NCBI RefSeq assembly: GCF_036365525.1 | Contig: NC_090375.1 | Location: forward strand, 199,321,864 to 199,385,863 | Length of the DNA stretch: 64,000 nucleotides | Direction of reading: 5' to 3' | Source of the DNA: Heterodontus francisci | Taxonomy: Eukaryota | Shown: in pieces, positions 1-12,435 of the stretch | Layout: the number at the start of each line of letters is the position of its first letter | How positions within the stretch are numbered: the stretch's first letter is position 1 | Made by a program: the position numbers and the translations under genes | The notes under the pieces: generated by a model | The model's input: the letters and a program-made list of their open reading frames with translations, nothing else | Database searches by the model: none | What the model was told of the DNA's origin: nothing

Positions 1-254
1 GTGTGACATGGTCAGTCACAGGAAGACATGCGGGAGACATCATTCATTGGACCTGACCACCCAAGAACGAGTTTCTGTATGTGCGCCTACTAAGCAACTG
101 GTGTTGTAAGTATATACTATTGCTTGGTGAGTTAATAAAGGTGTTTCACATAAAGTGGAAATAGTATCCAAAGCTTGTTTCGTGTGCTTGATACTAAGGA
201 TTTGGTCAGGATCTTAGAGGGAAGTGAGACCCCCCCCCCTTTTTAAGTCTTACA
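1..254 (+). mobile_element. 3' part of an LTR of the env-bearing LTR family (same family as 16015-16845 and 20826-21714)
   Basis: Aligns by eye with the 3' half of both LTRs (ctactaagcaactggtgttg...ttaataaaggtgtt...gggaagtgagaccc) and ends GTCTTACA, as LTR2 does. Confidence 0.75.
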
Positions 255-261
255 GCTTCTC

Positions 262-650
262 ACCAAGCCCTGATGTGAAACTAACTGGCCTGAGTGATTG
301 CTAGGTCTGTCCTTACCCCCTTTCTCAAACAAGGATGTCACATTTGCCATGGTGCACTCCTCTGGTACCTCCACCTTATCGAGGGAAGATAGGAAGGTTT
401 TGGCAAGCCCTTCCATTATCTCTACTCCCACTTTCTTTACCAACTTGGGATGCAAGCCATCCGGACCAGGTGATTTATCTACCCTAGCGTAGCCAACCAT
501 TTTAGCACCTCTCCACTCTCAATGTTTACCCTACGCATTGCCTTTACTCTCTCTGCTTCTACTGGTATTTTGTCAGGTTCCTCTTCCTTCGCAAACACCA
601 ATACAAAGTACACATTAAGTATTCTAGCCTTGCCCTTTGCCTCCAAGCAC
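262..650 (-). mobile_element. CR1 LINE ORF2 fragment
   Basis: ORF 243..500(-) contains KSPGPDGLHP...ANVTSLFEKG, the CR1 pre-RT motif also seen in the larger CR1 copies. Confidence 0.75.
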
Positions 651-774
651 AATTACTGATATTAGCTTTTAACTCCAGATTTATTTAATGAACTGAATTT
701 AAATTCTCCAGCTTCTGTGGTGGGATTTGAACTCGTATTTCCAGATCATTAGTCCAGAACTCTGCATTGCTATA

Positions 775-1964
775 ACAAAACCAAAATACTGCAGATGGTG
801 GAAATGTGAAATAAAAACAGAAAGTGCTGGAAATACTCAGCAGGTCTGGCAGCATCTGTGACGTGAGAAGCGGAGCTAAAGTTTCAGGTCAGTGACACTT
901 CATTGGGCTTTGAGCAAGTGAAAGGGGGGAGGGGGAAGAAAATCAAAAGGCGTGTGATAGGGCAGGAGAGATTAACAACAGAGATGTCACAGAACAAAAG
1001 ACAAAGGGAGTCGTTATAGTTGTAGGAAAGACAAAATATTAGTCCAGAGAGATTGCGAATGGCAGAAAAATTAACAGTTCCATCCAAATGCAGAAACATG
1101 AACACACAAGTTTAAGACAGGCACATGGATAATAAATAAAATAAATAATTAAATATTTTTAATGGATTAAAATGGCAGTCATGATCTGATATTGCTGAAT
1201 TCAGCATTGAGTCCAGAAGGCTGTACAGTGAAAAATCGCAAGATTCCCATGATCGCTTCATGGGAACACTGCAGCAGGTCAAGGAGAGGAATGTAGGCAT
1301 GAGAACAGGGTGGTGAGTTAAAGTTGCAAGCGAACAGAAGCCCTGGGTCATGCTTGAGGACGAGCAGAGGTATTCTGCAAAGTGGTCACCCAATCTGGAC
1401 TTTGTTGAAATGACGTAGGGCATCAGAGGTGTCACAGATGTCGGTGGGAAGAGACTAGCAAAGGGGGGAAAATAGTGTCAAAATAGGATGAAACAAGTTC
1501 ATTGGGGCAGGAAGAGGCTGAAACGATGGGTCTTTCAGAACAGTCTTGTTTGTGGCTTTTGGGCAGGAGGTAAATGTGGGCTATTCAAGATGGAAGGGCA
1601 ATGAGGTGGGAAGCTGTAGAGGGAAGATCTCCAGAGGTGATGAGGTTGCCGACAGTCCTGGAGACAGTGGATTGATGTTTGGTGGTGGGATCATGGTCCA
1701 TGGGGAAGTAGGAAGAAGTGTCTGAGAATTGGCACTCTGCCTCTGCTAGGTAGGTGTCGGCACACTAGATAACAACGGAACCACCTTTGTAAGCGCGTTT
1801 GATGACAATATCAGGGTGAGACCTGAGAGAATGGAGTGCAGCAGGTTCAGAGGGAGACAGGTTAGAGTGAGTGAGGGGAGCAGAGTCATTAAGACAGCCG
1901 ATGTCACGCTGTCTCAATGAAAAGATAAAGAGCAGGTAACAGGCCAGAGGGAGGGATCCATGTG
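775..1964 (-). mobile_element. Penelope-like element fragment (terminal repeat, GIY-YIG end, part of RT)
   Basis: Reverse complement of parts of the Penelope element at 40297-45638; ORF 1112..1435 has KSRLGDHFAEYL, from the GIY-YIG region. Confidence 0.75.
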
Positions 1965-2133
1965 GACCCGGTCAGGCGCTCGCCAGAATCCTCGATTATG
2001 ACAAGAGCCTCACTCGGGATCCGGAATTCAGCTCCAGGTTCAAAGCAGACAAGAATAACAATGTGTGCACTTTAATAATCAATAACATCGCGGAAGAAGA
2101 CTCTGCCACTTATTACTGTGCCTATTGGGACAG
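1965..2133 (+). pseudogene. TRGV: TCR gamma-like V segment A1, 5'-truncated (FR2 end to CDR3 only)
   Basis: PGQALARILDYDKSLTRDPEFSSRFKADKNNNVCTLIINNIAEEDSATYYCAYWDS; near-identical to 52571-52739; joined directly to Penelope sequence with no leader, Cys23 or Trp41. Confidence 0.9.
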
Positions 2134-2172
2134 CACAGTGCTGAACAGAGCCAGAAACCCTTATCAAAAACC
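2134..2172 (+). other. 23-RSS of V-A1
   Basis: CACAGTG + 23 nt + TCAAAAACC. Confidence 0.92.
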
Positions 2173-2559
2173 CGGGCGCTTTAGCTCGCTCCCCCGTCAG
2201 CAACAAACAACAACAACTTACATTGATATACGTCTATGGAGCAAAGGCGGGAAAATGAAGTTGAGGAGCGGACCAGCCATGATCAGACTGAATAGTGAAC
2301 AAGCTTGATGGGCTGAATGGCCTCCTCCTGTTTCTGTGATCCACAAGAAATGATCTTGGTTAATATCTTCCCTTTATTTTTCCGACTGGAAGACAAGCTG
2401 GATTCAAAGAAGAAAGAAGCCCCTGTGTGCCCAACAGACTATTACAAATGATCGATTTTTCAATTATCTACTTTACAGCCTTTTGTTCTTAACACTGAGT
2501 TAAATAATTCCAGACCATAACCTCTGCCCCCATTCAGCTGTTACCATTTCCACCTCCTC

Positions 2560-2855
2560 TACAGCCATCTGTTGTTTCTTTTCTCATTCCATTACCATCT
2601 CTTTTTGCCTCACACCATCATCCCTTTTCTCATTTAATCTCTCCTGCTTTCCACTCGATCACAGATATTCCCTTTTGTTCTTTCACCCACCTACCCCACC
2701 CCTTTCCTTGCCTCTATTCTTACTTAAAACCTGTCACATTTCTAATTTTTGCTAGTTCTGACGAAAGGTCATCCACCTGAATCGTGAACTCTGTTTCTCT
2801 CGCCACAGATGCTACCGGACCTGCTGAGTATTTCCAGCATTTTCCGTTTTTATTG
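2560..2855 (+). repeat. Penelope terminal-repeat fragment with degenerate hammerhead motif (2754-2790)
   Basis: agtt-ctgacga-aagg...cct-gaat-cgtg-aact followed by the ccacagatgct...ctgctgagtatttccagca tail; paralogous copies at about 23700-23975 and 53290-53900. Confidence 0.7.
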
Positions 2856-3009
2856 AAAAATAAACAATCCGGGCATCTGGAAAGAGGCGAACGAGAAGAC
2901 GGGGCGTGTTTAACAAAGTCTCATTGATTGGGTTGTGGGAAGTGAATCATTTCCTTTTAGTTTGTAACCAGTTGGTTGAGGGAACAGTCCCTGATCCACC
3001 TGAATGAAC

Positions 3010-3052
3010 ATGTCACTGTATTACTGGTTCATTGTGGTGATCGTTTTTCCCT
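3010..3052 (+). pseudogene. Orphan leader exon of V-B1 (V exon deleted)
   Basis: ATG...MSLYYWFIVVIVFP + GT donor, the same leader as B3. Its promoter (2870-3009) matches 23990-24131; homology stops about 35 nt into the intron. Confidence 0.85.
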
Positions 3053-3420
3053 GTATGTGTTTCTGATGCTATTATTCAAATGTTGTTGTGATGAGAATAA
3101 TCGATGCATCACTACTCAATCAACAATCAATCAATAATCATTCAATCACTAATCGCAGGTTCGGTGCTCGCTTTAACATTGGTGACAACTGGACTTCAGG
3201 CGCCGGACCCAACACAACTCCCACACACGAGGACAATATCCCTCTGCAATTCCTTATTCTCAATTTCCCAATGATCCCTCGTCGTCTCCCTGATAAGCGA
3301 TGCTCAGAATTCACAAACAATCCTTGATTTCTTCCATTTTGGAACAGATATAAAAAATCACTCGTGGATTCCGTTATTTGCCCGATTGTTAATGACAGCT
3401 AGTTTATTTTCTGCTGCTCT

Positions 3421-6400
3421 TATAGAGTCATAGAGTCGTACAGCATAGAAACAGGTCCTTCGGTCCATCGTGTACATGCCGACCATAATGCCTATCGGTA
3501 CTAATTCCACCTGCCTGCATTAATTCCATATCCCTCTATGCCTTGCTCATTCAAGTACCTGTCCAGATGCCTCTCAAATGTTGCTACTGTTCCTGCCTCC
3601 ACCACCTCCTCTGGCAGCTCATTCCAGTTACCCACTATTTTTTGTGTGAAAAATTTGCACATTTGATTCCCTTTAAACCTCCTCCCTCTCACCTTAAATC
3701 TGTGCCCTCTAGTTTTAGTCAGCCCTACCATGGGAAACAGACTCTGGCTATCTACCTTATCTATGCCTCTCAATAATTTTATATATCTCCATCATGTCCC
3801 CTTTCAGCCTCCTTCACTCCAGAGAAAACAGACCCAGCCTATCCAATCTCTCTTTATAACTCAAGCCCTCCAAACCAGGCAACATCCTTGTGAATCTTTT
3901 CTGCACCCTCTCTAGCTGAATCACATCTTTCCTGCAGTGCGGCGACCAGAACTGCACACAGTACTCCAAATGCAGCCGAACCAACGTTATGAAACATGAC
4001 GTCCCAACTCTTATACTCAATGCCTCGGCCGATAAAGGCAAGCATGGCAAATGCCTTCTTCACCACCCTGTCTACCTGTGCTGCCACTTTCAGGGAACTA
4101 AGTACTTGCACCCCAAGGTCTCTCTGCTCAAGAACACTCCCCAGTGCCCTGCCATTCACTGTATATGTCTTGCCTGGTTTACCTTCCCAAAATGCATCAC
4201 TTCGCACTTGTCTGCGTTAAATTCCATTTTCCAATCCCATGCCCATTTTTACACTTTATCTATATCCTTTTGTAACTTTAGACAACCTTCTTCACTGTCC
4301 ACTATGCCACAAATTTTGGTGTCATCTGCAAATTTACTAATCATGCCCTTTACATTCGCATCCAAGTCATTAATATATATGACAAACAACAGAAGGTTGA
4401 GCACCGATCCCTGCAGCACACCACTGGTCACTGGCCTCCAATCTGAAAAACAACCCTCCACTACCACTCTCTGCCTCCTATCACTGAGCCAATTTTGTAT
4501 GCAATTGGCTAGCTCACCCTGGATCCCATGTGTTTGAACCTTCTGGACCAGCCTATCATGCGGGATCTTGTCAATGGCCTTGCTAAGGTCCATGTAGACG
4601 ACGTCCATCGCTCTGCCCTCGTCAATCCTCTTGGTCACGTCCTCAAAAAACTCAATCGAATTCGTGAGACACGATTTCCCACGCACAAAGCCATGCTGAC
4701 TATCCCTCATCAGACCTTGCCTTTCCAAATGCATTTAAATCCTGTCTCTCAGAATCCCTTCCAATAACTTTCCCACCATTGATGTAAGGCTCACCGGCCT
4801 GTAGTTCCCTGGCTTATCCCTGCTGCCCTTCTTAAATAAAGGCACAACATTAGCTATCCTCCAGTCCTCTGGTACCTCACCCATGGTTAACGATGATACA
4901 AAAATCTCTGCTAGGGCCCCAGCAATCTCTTCCCTTGCTTCCCATAGCATCCTCGGATACACCTGGTCAGGCCCTGGGGATTTATCCACCTTAATGCGCT
5001 TCAAAACCTCCACCACCTCCTCCTTTGTAATGTTGATATGCTCCAGGACATCGCTGTTGTTGAACTCACTGGCTTCCATGACCTTCTCCACAGTAAATAC
5101 AGACGAGAAGTACTCATTTAAGACCTCGCCCATTTCACGTGGCTCCATACATAGATTACTACACTGATCCTTAAGGGGACCTAGCTACCCATTTACTCTT
5201 AATATACTTATAGAATCGTTTAGTATTCTCCTTTATCTTATCTGCCAGGGAAATCTCATGGCCCGTTTTTGCCCTCCTAACTTCCTTCTTAAGTGTACTC
5301 CTACATCCCCTATACTCATTGAGGGACTCGGTTGATCCCAGCTGCCTATACCTGACATATGCCTCCTTCTTTGTCCTGACCAGACCCTCAATATCCCTCG
5401 TCAGCCAAGATTCCCTAAACTTGCCATCCTTGCCTTTCCATCTAATAGGAACATGCCAGCCCTGAACTCTTCCTATCTCAGTTTTAAAAGCCACCCACCT
5501 GCCAGACGTCCCTTTACCACTAAACAGCCTCTCCCATTCAACTTTTGAGAGTTCCTGTCTGATGCCATTGAAATTAGCCTTCCCCCAATTTAGGACTTCA
5601 ACCTGAGGACTAGTCCTATCCTTTTGCATAACTATCTTGAAGCTAATAGAGTTATGGTCAACGGTCCCAAAGAGCTCACCCACTGACACATCAACCACCT
5701 GCCCAACTTCATTTCCTAAGAAGAGGTCGAGTGTATCCCCTTCTCTGGTAGGGCCATCCACATGCTGCTTCAGAAAACTATCCTGGACACACTTAACAAA
5801 TTCTTCCCCATCTGATCCCTTACCACTAAGGCAGTCCCAGTCAATATTAGGGAAATTAAAATCACCTACTATTACAACCCTATAATTCCTACACCTATCT
5901 GTGATTTCCCTACATATATGCTCCTCCAATTCCCTCTGACTACTGGGGGCCCTATAGCATAATCCCATCAAAGTGATCACCCCTTTCTTATTTCTAAGTT
6001 CTATCCATATGGCCTCGCTGGACATTCCCCCCTGGATATCCTTTCTAAGTACTGCCGTGATGTCCTCCCTAATCAATAGTGCAACTCTCCCTCCTCTCTT
6101 ACCTCCATCCACCTCTGTCATGCTGGAAGCATCGGTACCTCGGAACATTGAGCTGCCAGTCCGGCCCATCCCTCAACCACATTTCCGTAATAGCTATAAT
6201 ATCACAATCCCATGTACCGAGCCATGCTCTGAGTTCATCTGCCTTACCAGTAAGCCTTTTTGCATTAAAGTAAATGCAGTTTAGCCTACCAGACCTTCCA
6301 CGCTCCTTGTCCTGCCCCTGCCTGGCCTGCCGACTGGACTTGCTTACTTTAACCTCGACATTTGACTCAACTATCTCATCGGACAGACTATTACTTTGGG

Positions 6401-6585
6401 TCCCACCCCACTGCAAGACTAGTTTCAACCCTCCCGAGTAGTACTAACAAACCTCCCCGCAAGGATATTGGCCCCCTTCCAGTTCAGATGCAACTCGTCC
6501 CTCTTGTACAGATCGCCTCTGCACCAGAAGAGATCCCAATGATCCAAGTAGCTTAAGCCCTCCTGCCCACACCAGCTCTTCAGCC
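3421..6585 (-). mobile_element. CR1 LINE, 5'-truncated (ORF1 end, APE endonuclease, RT), disrupted by stops and frameshifts
   Basis: ORFs 5171..6169 (GDFNFP, APE), 4735..5148, 4249..4734 (QHGF, LQGSVL, KFADD) and 3501..4050; short tandem 3' tail (ctctatga) at about 3421-3445. Confidence 0.92.
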
Positions 6586-7059
6586 AAAAGGTATTTCATT
6601 GGCTGTAAAGCGCATCGGTAGTCGTGAAAAGCACGAGAGAAATGCAAGTTTATTTCTTTTTAAATAGTTTATAATGGAATAAACGGACACAGTGAAAGGA
6701 ATGATATCGTTCCTTATTTTCAACTTTCTTTGGAACGTCCTGCATTTCCAATGAATACGCGGCCTATAATTGTTCAAAAGTCTCCTTTTACTGAATTCTC
6801 ACGTGTACGTTTCATGAAGCAGCGCCTTACACACACAATGGAAAAGGTCCACGTTCGTGCTTATATTTCGTGGAAGTTACATTCCCACGTGCTTTTTGTG
6901 AACCCAGAGCACATTCGGGTGTGTTCACAGTGCAAGCTGTGTTTGTCCAAGTGTTGAGGCAGATCGTGTGGCCTTAGTTTTCTGACGTTTAGTCAGACCT
7001 ATGGATAGTAGGAGGACTCTTCATGCGAGTGACAGCTTTGGTTGGAGTAATTGGCTGAC

Positions 7060-7490
7060 ATTTAATGCCGCCACCCCCTGGAGTGGGCTGGGGGGGGGGG
7101 GTGCCCACCGCCTACCCACCCCTCATGGTACCTTACCAGCAGACGCAGAGGTCGCAGGCAGCTGGCCCACCCTTGGGCCAATTGAAGCTGCCAGGGGCCT
7201 CCTCCTGCTGCTGCTGGTATTTTACCAGTGACGGATAGGCACGTCACCTGGCAACCTCTTTGCAGGCTTGGGGGACTCTCCTGATCAGGACGCCCCGTGC
7301 CGCACAGAGGGATACCCTTAACAGCAAGGGCTGCCCCTGCTGGAACAGCTGTCCTTCCCTCTAGAGCGAACCCCCTGCCCTCGCCGGGGCCAGTTTGATT
7401 GACCACTGCGAGCTCTGACCCCATTTTCCTGTTCCAAGGTTTGCTTCCATTGTGTCTCTTCTCGCTGGAAGCTGATTGGCCGGCAGCTCT
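7060..7490. repeat. GC-rich interspersed repeat of unknown class (paralogous to 33195-33700 and 59610-60190)
   Basis: Three similar copies, each at the equivalent cassette position. Confidence 0.5.
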
Positions 7491-8606
7491 ACAAACATGC
7501 GAACGTACGAATTCGGAGCAGGGCTAGGCCCCTTAGACCTGCTCCGCCATTCACACCATATTCCCACTTACCCCCAATAACATTTCACCCCCTTGCTTAT
7601 CAAGAATCTATCTAACTGTGCCTTAAAAATATTCAAAGACTCTGCTTCCACCACCATTTGAGGAAGAGAGTTCCAAAGACTCACGACCCTCTGAGAGAAA
7701 AAAATTCACCTCATTTCCGTCTTAAGTGGGCGGCCCCTTATTTTTAAACAGTGACCCGAGTTCTAGATTCTCCCACGAAAGAGTGTGAGAATGGAAGAAA
7801 CAAACAGATAGAGAGAGACAAAGGAAGATAAAGAAAGAAAGAGCTACACATTTGGTAGGAACAATGGGTCATGTGATTATTGCATGAATGGTTTTGAAAA
7901 CCCAAGGATGACGTTGAAGGAGACCTAGGAGTCTCAGGAAACTCGATGTTCAACATGTCCAAACAACACAGAGCAGCAATCAACAAAGGCAATAGAAAGT
8001 TCATCTCCAATCGTCAAATCAGTGACTGCAAGTTAGAGGAGGTAATGGGTAAACTATACAGGGCTCTAGGCAGATCACATTGAATAACGCTTCCACCTCT
8101 GGTCGCCCAGACGCACAGGAGACAACATGCTGGAAGCAGTGCAGAGAGGTGTCAAAAGGTTGAGTTTTGCACAATGATTGAAGAGATTTGGGCTCTTGGT
8201 TCTGGTGAGAAGGTGTCAGAGAGATGTTTTTACAGGTGTGTAAGTTTGTTACCGGAATGGAACAGGTAGATCTGTAATGTTACTTTCATTTAAACTGTAG
8301 GAATAGGACAAGGAAACACGGGACAACTTATAGAAGGAAACTCTAGGGCGAAATCAGAAAGCTGGTCACCCAGCGAGTGATCAACGCTTGGAATGGACTC
8401 CAGGGCAGCGTGGTTGAGATGAAAGCCTGTTTTAATGAAACAGTGAATAACAAGATGAAACGTCACGGACACCAAATGGAAACAGCACCCTTGAGGCCAC
8501 ATGGAAATTCAGCAATGGGTGAAACTGATTGACAATTTCCGGTATTTCAGCGACCCGTTAACATGTATTTGTAAACCTGGATCAGTTCTGTGTTGGGTAC
8601 ACAAAC

Positions 8607-9045
8607 ATGAAGGGTCAAGTCATTGTGATTTTACTCATCACCTTCCTCGGTCAGTATTTTAGATTCTAACTGATTATTTTTATTAATCTCTCGCCTCCGT
8701 TTTGTGAAATAATCGAATTGATTTCTATTCGCTCTTGCAGGGAAATCTGTTGCTCAAACCTTGACACAGTCCCCATTTTCGATGACCAGAGCTCCGACGA
8801 AAACTGTACGGTTTTACTGCACGGTTGAAGGGACAAATTTCGAAGATCCCGTTATCCACTGGTACCGGCAGACCCCGGGTCAAGGGCTGCAATGCATGTT
8901 ATATTTTAAGAATCCATCCGAGACAATGCAGGATATGACCGATATTTTTTTTGCTGAAAAGGAATGTAGAACCAAATCCTGCACCCTGCTCCTGAGGAAT
9001 ATCCAGGAGGATGACGCTGGGACCTATTACTGTGCCTGCTGGGAC
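8607..9045 (+). pseudogene. TRGV: TCR gamma-like V segment D1: open frame but defective RSS (leader 8607-8649, V exon 8741-9045)
   Basis: Leader MKGQVIVILLITFL, GT-AG intron, QTLTQSPFSMTRAPTKTVRFYC...IHWY...YYCACWD; RSS spacer is only 17 bp. Confidence 0.85.
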
Positions 9046-9078
9046 CACAGTGACTGAAGGGAAACCCATGCAAAAACC
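9046..9078 (+). other. Aberrant RSS with 17-bp spacer
   Basis: CACAGTG-actgaagggaaacccat(17)-GCAAAAACC; the paralog at 35777 has the same sequence with 6 extra nt (23 bp). Confidence 0.9.
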
Positions 9079-9589
9079 GAACCTGCACGAACACCATCAT
9101 GCTCAGTCTGTGCAAGCTGTTCACATACAAACCACAGGTGCAGATTTCCATGAGCTTTTAATTCATAGTGTGCAGGATAAATCGCTCGCTATTTCCGATG
9201 CTATTTGTTTATTATTTCGATATTATGTTTGAGCTGGGATGAATAAAATTGCTTTGCTAACTCCGTGAGATATCATTGTGACAGATCTGTCTTTATTCTA
9301 TAACTGGATATAACAATTCACTTCCTGTTTAAACTAACAGCCCCATTATCACATTCGAGAAAACCGCTGTAAGTTTCAACGTGTCCAATGGCTGCACGGT
9401 CCTCCATGAACAAGCTACCTCAACCATCAAACCAACGCTAATGATATTTGCAGTCACTGTCCTGTCATTAGAAATTAGGAATAGAAATAGCTCTTAGAGC
9501 CTGTCCCCCTCCTCAATGATATCTTGGTTGATTGTTATCGAACTCCATGTACCCTACTCGGCTCCATATCATGTCGCCGGGAAGGATAG

Positions 9590-11775
9590 CATAATGTGAC
9601 TGGCCTAGTAATCCAGAGGCCTGGCCACTACGACAGCTGGGAGAATTTAAGGTCAATTAAATAAAATAAAGAATAAAAACCTAGTCTCAGTAATGATGAC
9701 CAAGAAACTACCGAATTGTCTTAAAACTCCATCTGGTTTACTCATGTCCGTCAGGGAAGGAAATCTACTGTTCTTACCCCGGTCTGGCTTATATGTGACT
9801 CCAGACCCACAACAATGTGGTTGACTCTTAACTGCCCTCTGAAATATCTGAGCAGTTGTATCAAACATCTATGGAATAGTCAAATAAAAATAAAACATGA
9901 CGACCCACCTGCCATCGACCTAGGCATCAGATATAACAAAGACACACCCTGCAAAGTCTTACTCATTAACATCTGGGAATTTGTGCCAAAATTGGGAGAG
10001 CTTTATTACAGTCCAAGAGTAGTCATAATCAAAGAAGAATACTTTCCAGCCAATATCCCAGACTCTGCCTTCATCATCCCTGGCTCTCCTGCCGGCAGGA
10101 CGGACCCATCAGAGGTGACAGCACAGTGGTATACAGTTCAGAGGGAGTGGCCCTGGGAGTCCTTAACATTGACTCCAGACCCTGTGAATCAGGTCAAACA
10201 TGGGTAAGGAAACCTTCTGCTGATTAACACCTACTGGCCTCTCTCAGCTGATGAATCAGCGTTCCTCCGTGTTGAATGCTACTTGGAAAAGACAATAAAG
10301 GTAGCAAATGGAGAGAATATATTCTGTGTGGGGGACTTCAATTTCCAGCACTGAGTGGCTGGGTAGCACCACTACTGACCTAGGTGACTGAGTCATTTAT
10401 TTTTTTTGTTTTTTGGAGATACAGCACTGAAACAGGCCCTTCGGCCCACGGAGTCAGTGCTGACCAACAACCACCCATTTATACTAACCCGACAGTAATC
10501 CCACATGCCCTACCACCTACCTACACTAGGGGCAATTTATAACTGCCAATTTACCTATCACCTGCAAGTCTTTGGCAGTGGGAGGAAACCGGAGCACCAG
10601 AGGAATCCCACGCAGACACAGGGAGAACTTGCAAACACCACACAGACAGTACCCAGAATTGAACCAGGGTCCCTGGAGCTGTGAGTCTGCGGAGCTAACC
10701 ACTGCGCCACTGTGCCGCCCTAGTCCTGAAAGGCATACGTGCCAGACTGGGCCTGCGGCAGGAGTGAACCAATATAAGGGAAAATCTATATGACCACGTC
10801 CTCACCAATCTACAGGTTGCTGATGTTGTCAATAACAGTATTGATAGGCGTGACCACTGTACATTCCTTGTGGAGACGAAATCCTGTCTTTACATAGAGG
10901 ACACCCTCCATGATGTTGTTTAACACTAGCACTATGCTAACTGGATAGATTCAGATTGGATCGAGAAGCTCAAACATTGATTATGGTGCAGCACATTCCA
11001 AACTCTATTACTACCATTAAGCCAAGCCTTGGTTCAATGAGAACTGCAGGAGAGCATGCCAGGAATAGCACAAGGCGTATCTAAAAATGAGTTACCATGC
11101 TGGTGAAACTTCTAAACAGGACTACAAACATGCCAAACAGTGGAAAAAGATGCTATAATTAGAATTAAATGACTCCACAACCAAAGATTAGATCAAAGCT
11201 CTGTGGTCCTGCCATATCCAATTGTGAATTGTGATGGGCAGTTAAAGAGCTAGTGGGCGTTCCCCGCAACATCTCCTCTAACATTCCAATAAAGAATTTT
11301 TGCAGAGGCTGGCAAGTACATCAGTGCAAAAGACAAGACTGAAGCATTTGCTACCATCTGCAGCCAGAAATGCCAAGTGGATGATCCATCTCAGCCTCCT
11401 CCTGCAGTCCCCAACATCACAGATGCCAGTCTTCAGCCAATTCGATTCACTCCATGCGATATCAAGAAACGGTTATGTGCACTTGATACAGCAAAGGCCA
11501 CAGCCCTGACAACATCCCGGCTGTAGTGCTGAAGACATGCTCCTGAACTAGCCATGCCCCGAGCCAAGCTGCTCCAGTACAGCTGCAACATTGTAATGAA
11601 CCCAACAATGTGGAACAATGCCCAGGTATGTCCTGTGCACAGAAGGCAGGGCAAATGCAATACAGCTAATTGCTTCTCCATAAGTCTACTCTCGATCATC
11701 AGCAAAGTGATGGAAGGTGTAGTCAACAGTGCTGTCAAGTGGCACTCACTCAGCAATAACCTGCTCAGAACTGAT
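9590..11775 (+). mobile_element. Degenerate L2/CR1-group LINE (5' region, APE, start of RT); paralog of 36520-38355
   Basis: Similar to the younger copy at 42942-45337 (PWFNEEC, CPVH, ISLLSIISKVME). Confidence 0.75.
10395..10720 (-). mobile_element. tRNA-derived V-SINE (HE1-like)
   Basis: Head gggcggcacagtggcgcagtggttagc with A/B-box-like motifs, central domain and CR1-type tail; absent from the paralogous site near 37290. Confidence 0.85.
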
Positions 11776-11796
11776 GAACTGTCACTCCCCAAAATA

Positions 11797-12117
11797 GGGT
11801 GGCACAGTGGCGCAGTGGTTAGCACTGCAGCTTCACAGCTCCAGGGACCCGGGTTCAATTCTGGATTCTGTCTGTGTGGAGTTTGCAAGTTCTCCCTGTG
11901 TCTGCGTGGGATTCCTCTGGTGCTCCGGTTTCCTCCCACTGCCAAAGACTTGCAGGTGATAGGTAAATTGTCTGTTATAAATTGCCCCTAGTGTAGGTAG
12001 GTGGGAGGGCATATGGGATTACTGTAGGGTTAGTATAAATGGGTGGTTGTTGGTCGGCACATACACGGTGGGCCGAAGGGCCTGTTTCAGTGCTGTATCT
12101 CTAAATAAATAAAATAA
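11797..12117 (+). mobile_element. tRNA-derived V-SINE (HE1-like)
   Basis: gggtggcacagtggcgcagtggttagc...gggttcaattc...ggccgaagggcctgtttcagtgctgtatctc(taaa)n. Confidence 0.88.
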
Positions 12118-12204
12118 GAAATGTTAATTCTGTTTCTGTCTCCACAGATGCTGCCTGACCTGCTGAGTATTTCCAGCATTTTCTATCTTCGTTGCACAGT
12201 GATT

Positions 12205-12435
12205 GATCCCTTGCTGTCCTTTGAAGTAGTGTCATGGGATCTTTTATGTGCACCTGAGAGGGCAGAGGGGGCTTCGGTTTCACATCTCATCCAAACGACA
12301 GCACCTCTGAGAGTGCAGCACTCCCTCAGTACTGCACTGGAGTGTCAGTCTGTATTTTTGTGCTTAAGTCCTGGGATGAGACTTAAAACCACAACCTTCT
12401 GATTCAGAGGCAAAAGTGCTTCCAGCTGAGCCACG
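12205..12435 (-). mobile_element. DeuSINE-type SINE (SacSINE1-like); other copies at about 27570-27980, 34320-34590, 38455-38670, 48210-48570(+) and 56920-57480
   Basis: Deu-domain-like core gggatctttt...cacctgagagggcag...cagcacctc...gtgcagcactccctcagtactgcactg. Confidence 0.65.

Noticed and set aside
11797-11870. tRNA gene or cryptic RSS (CACAGTG) in SINE heads
   Set aside because: These are tRNA-derived SINE heads that continue into SINE body and tail; there is no nonamer at 12 or 23 bp.
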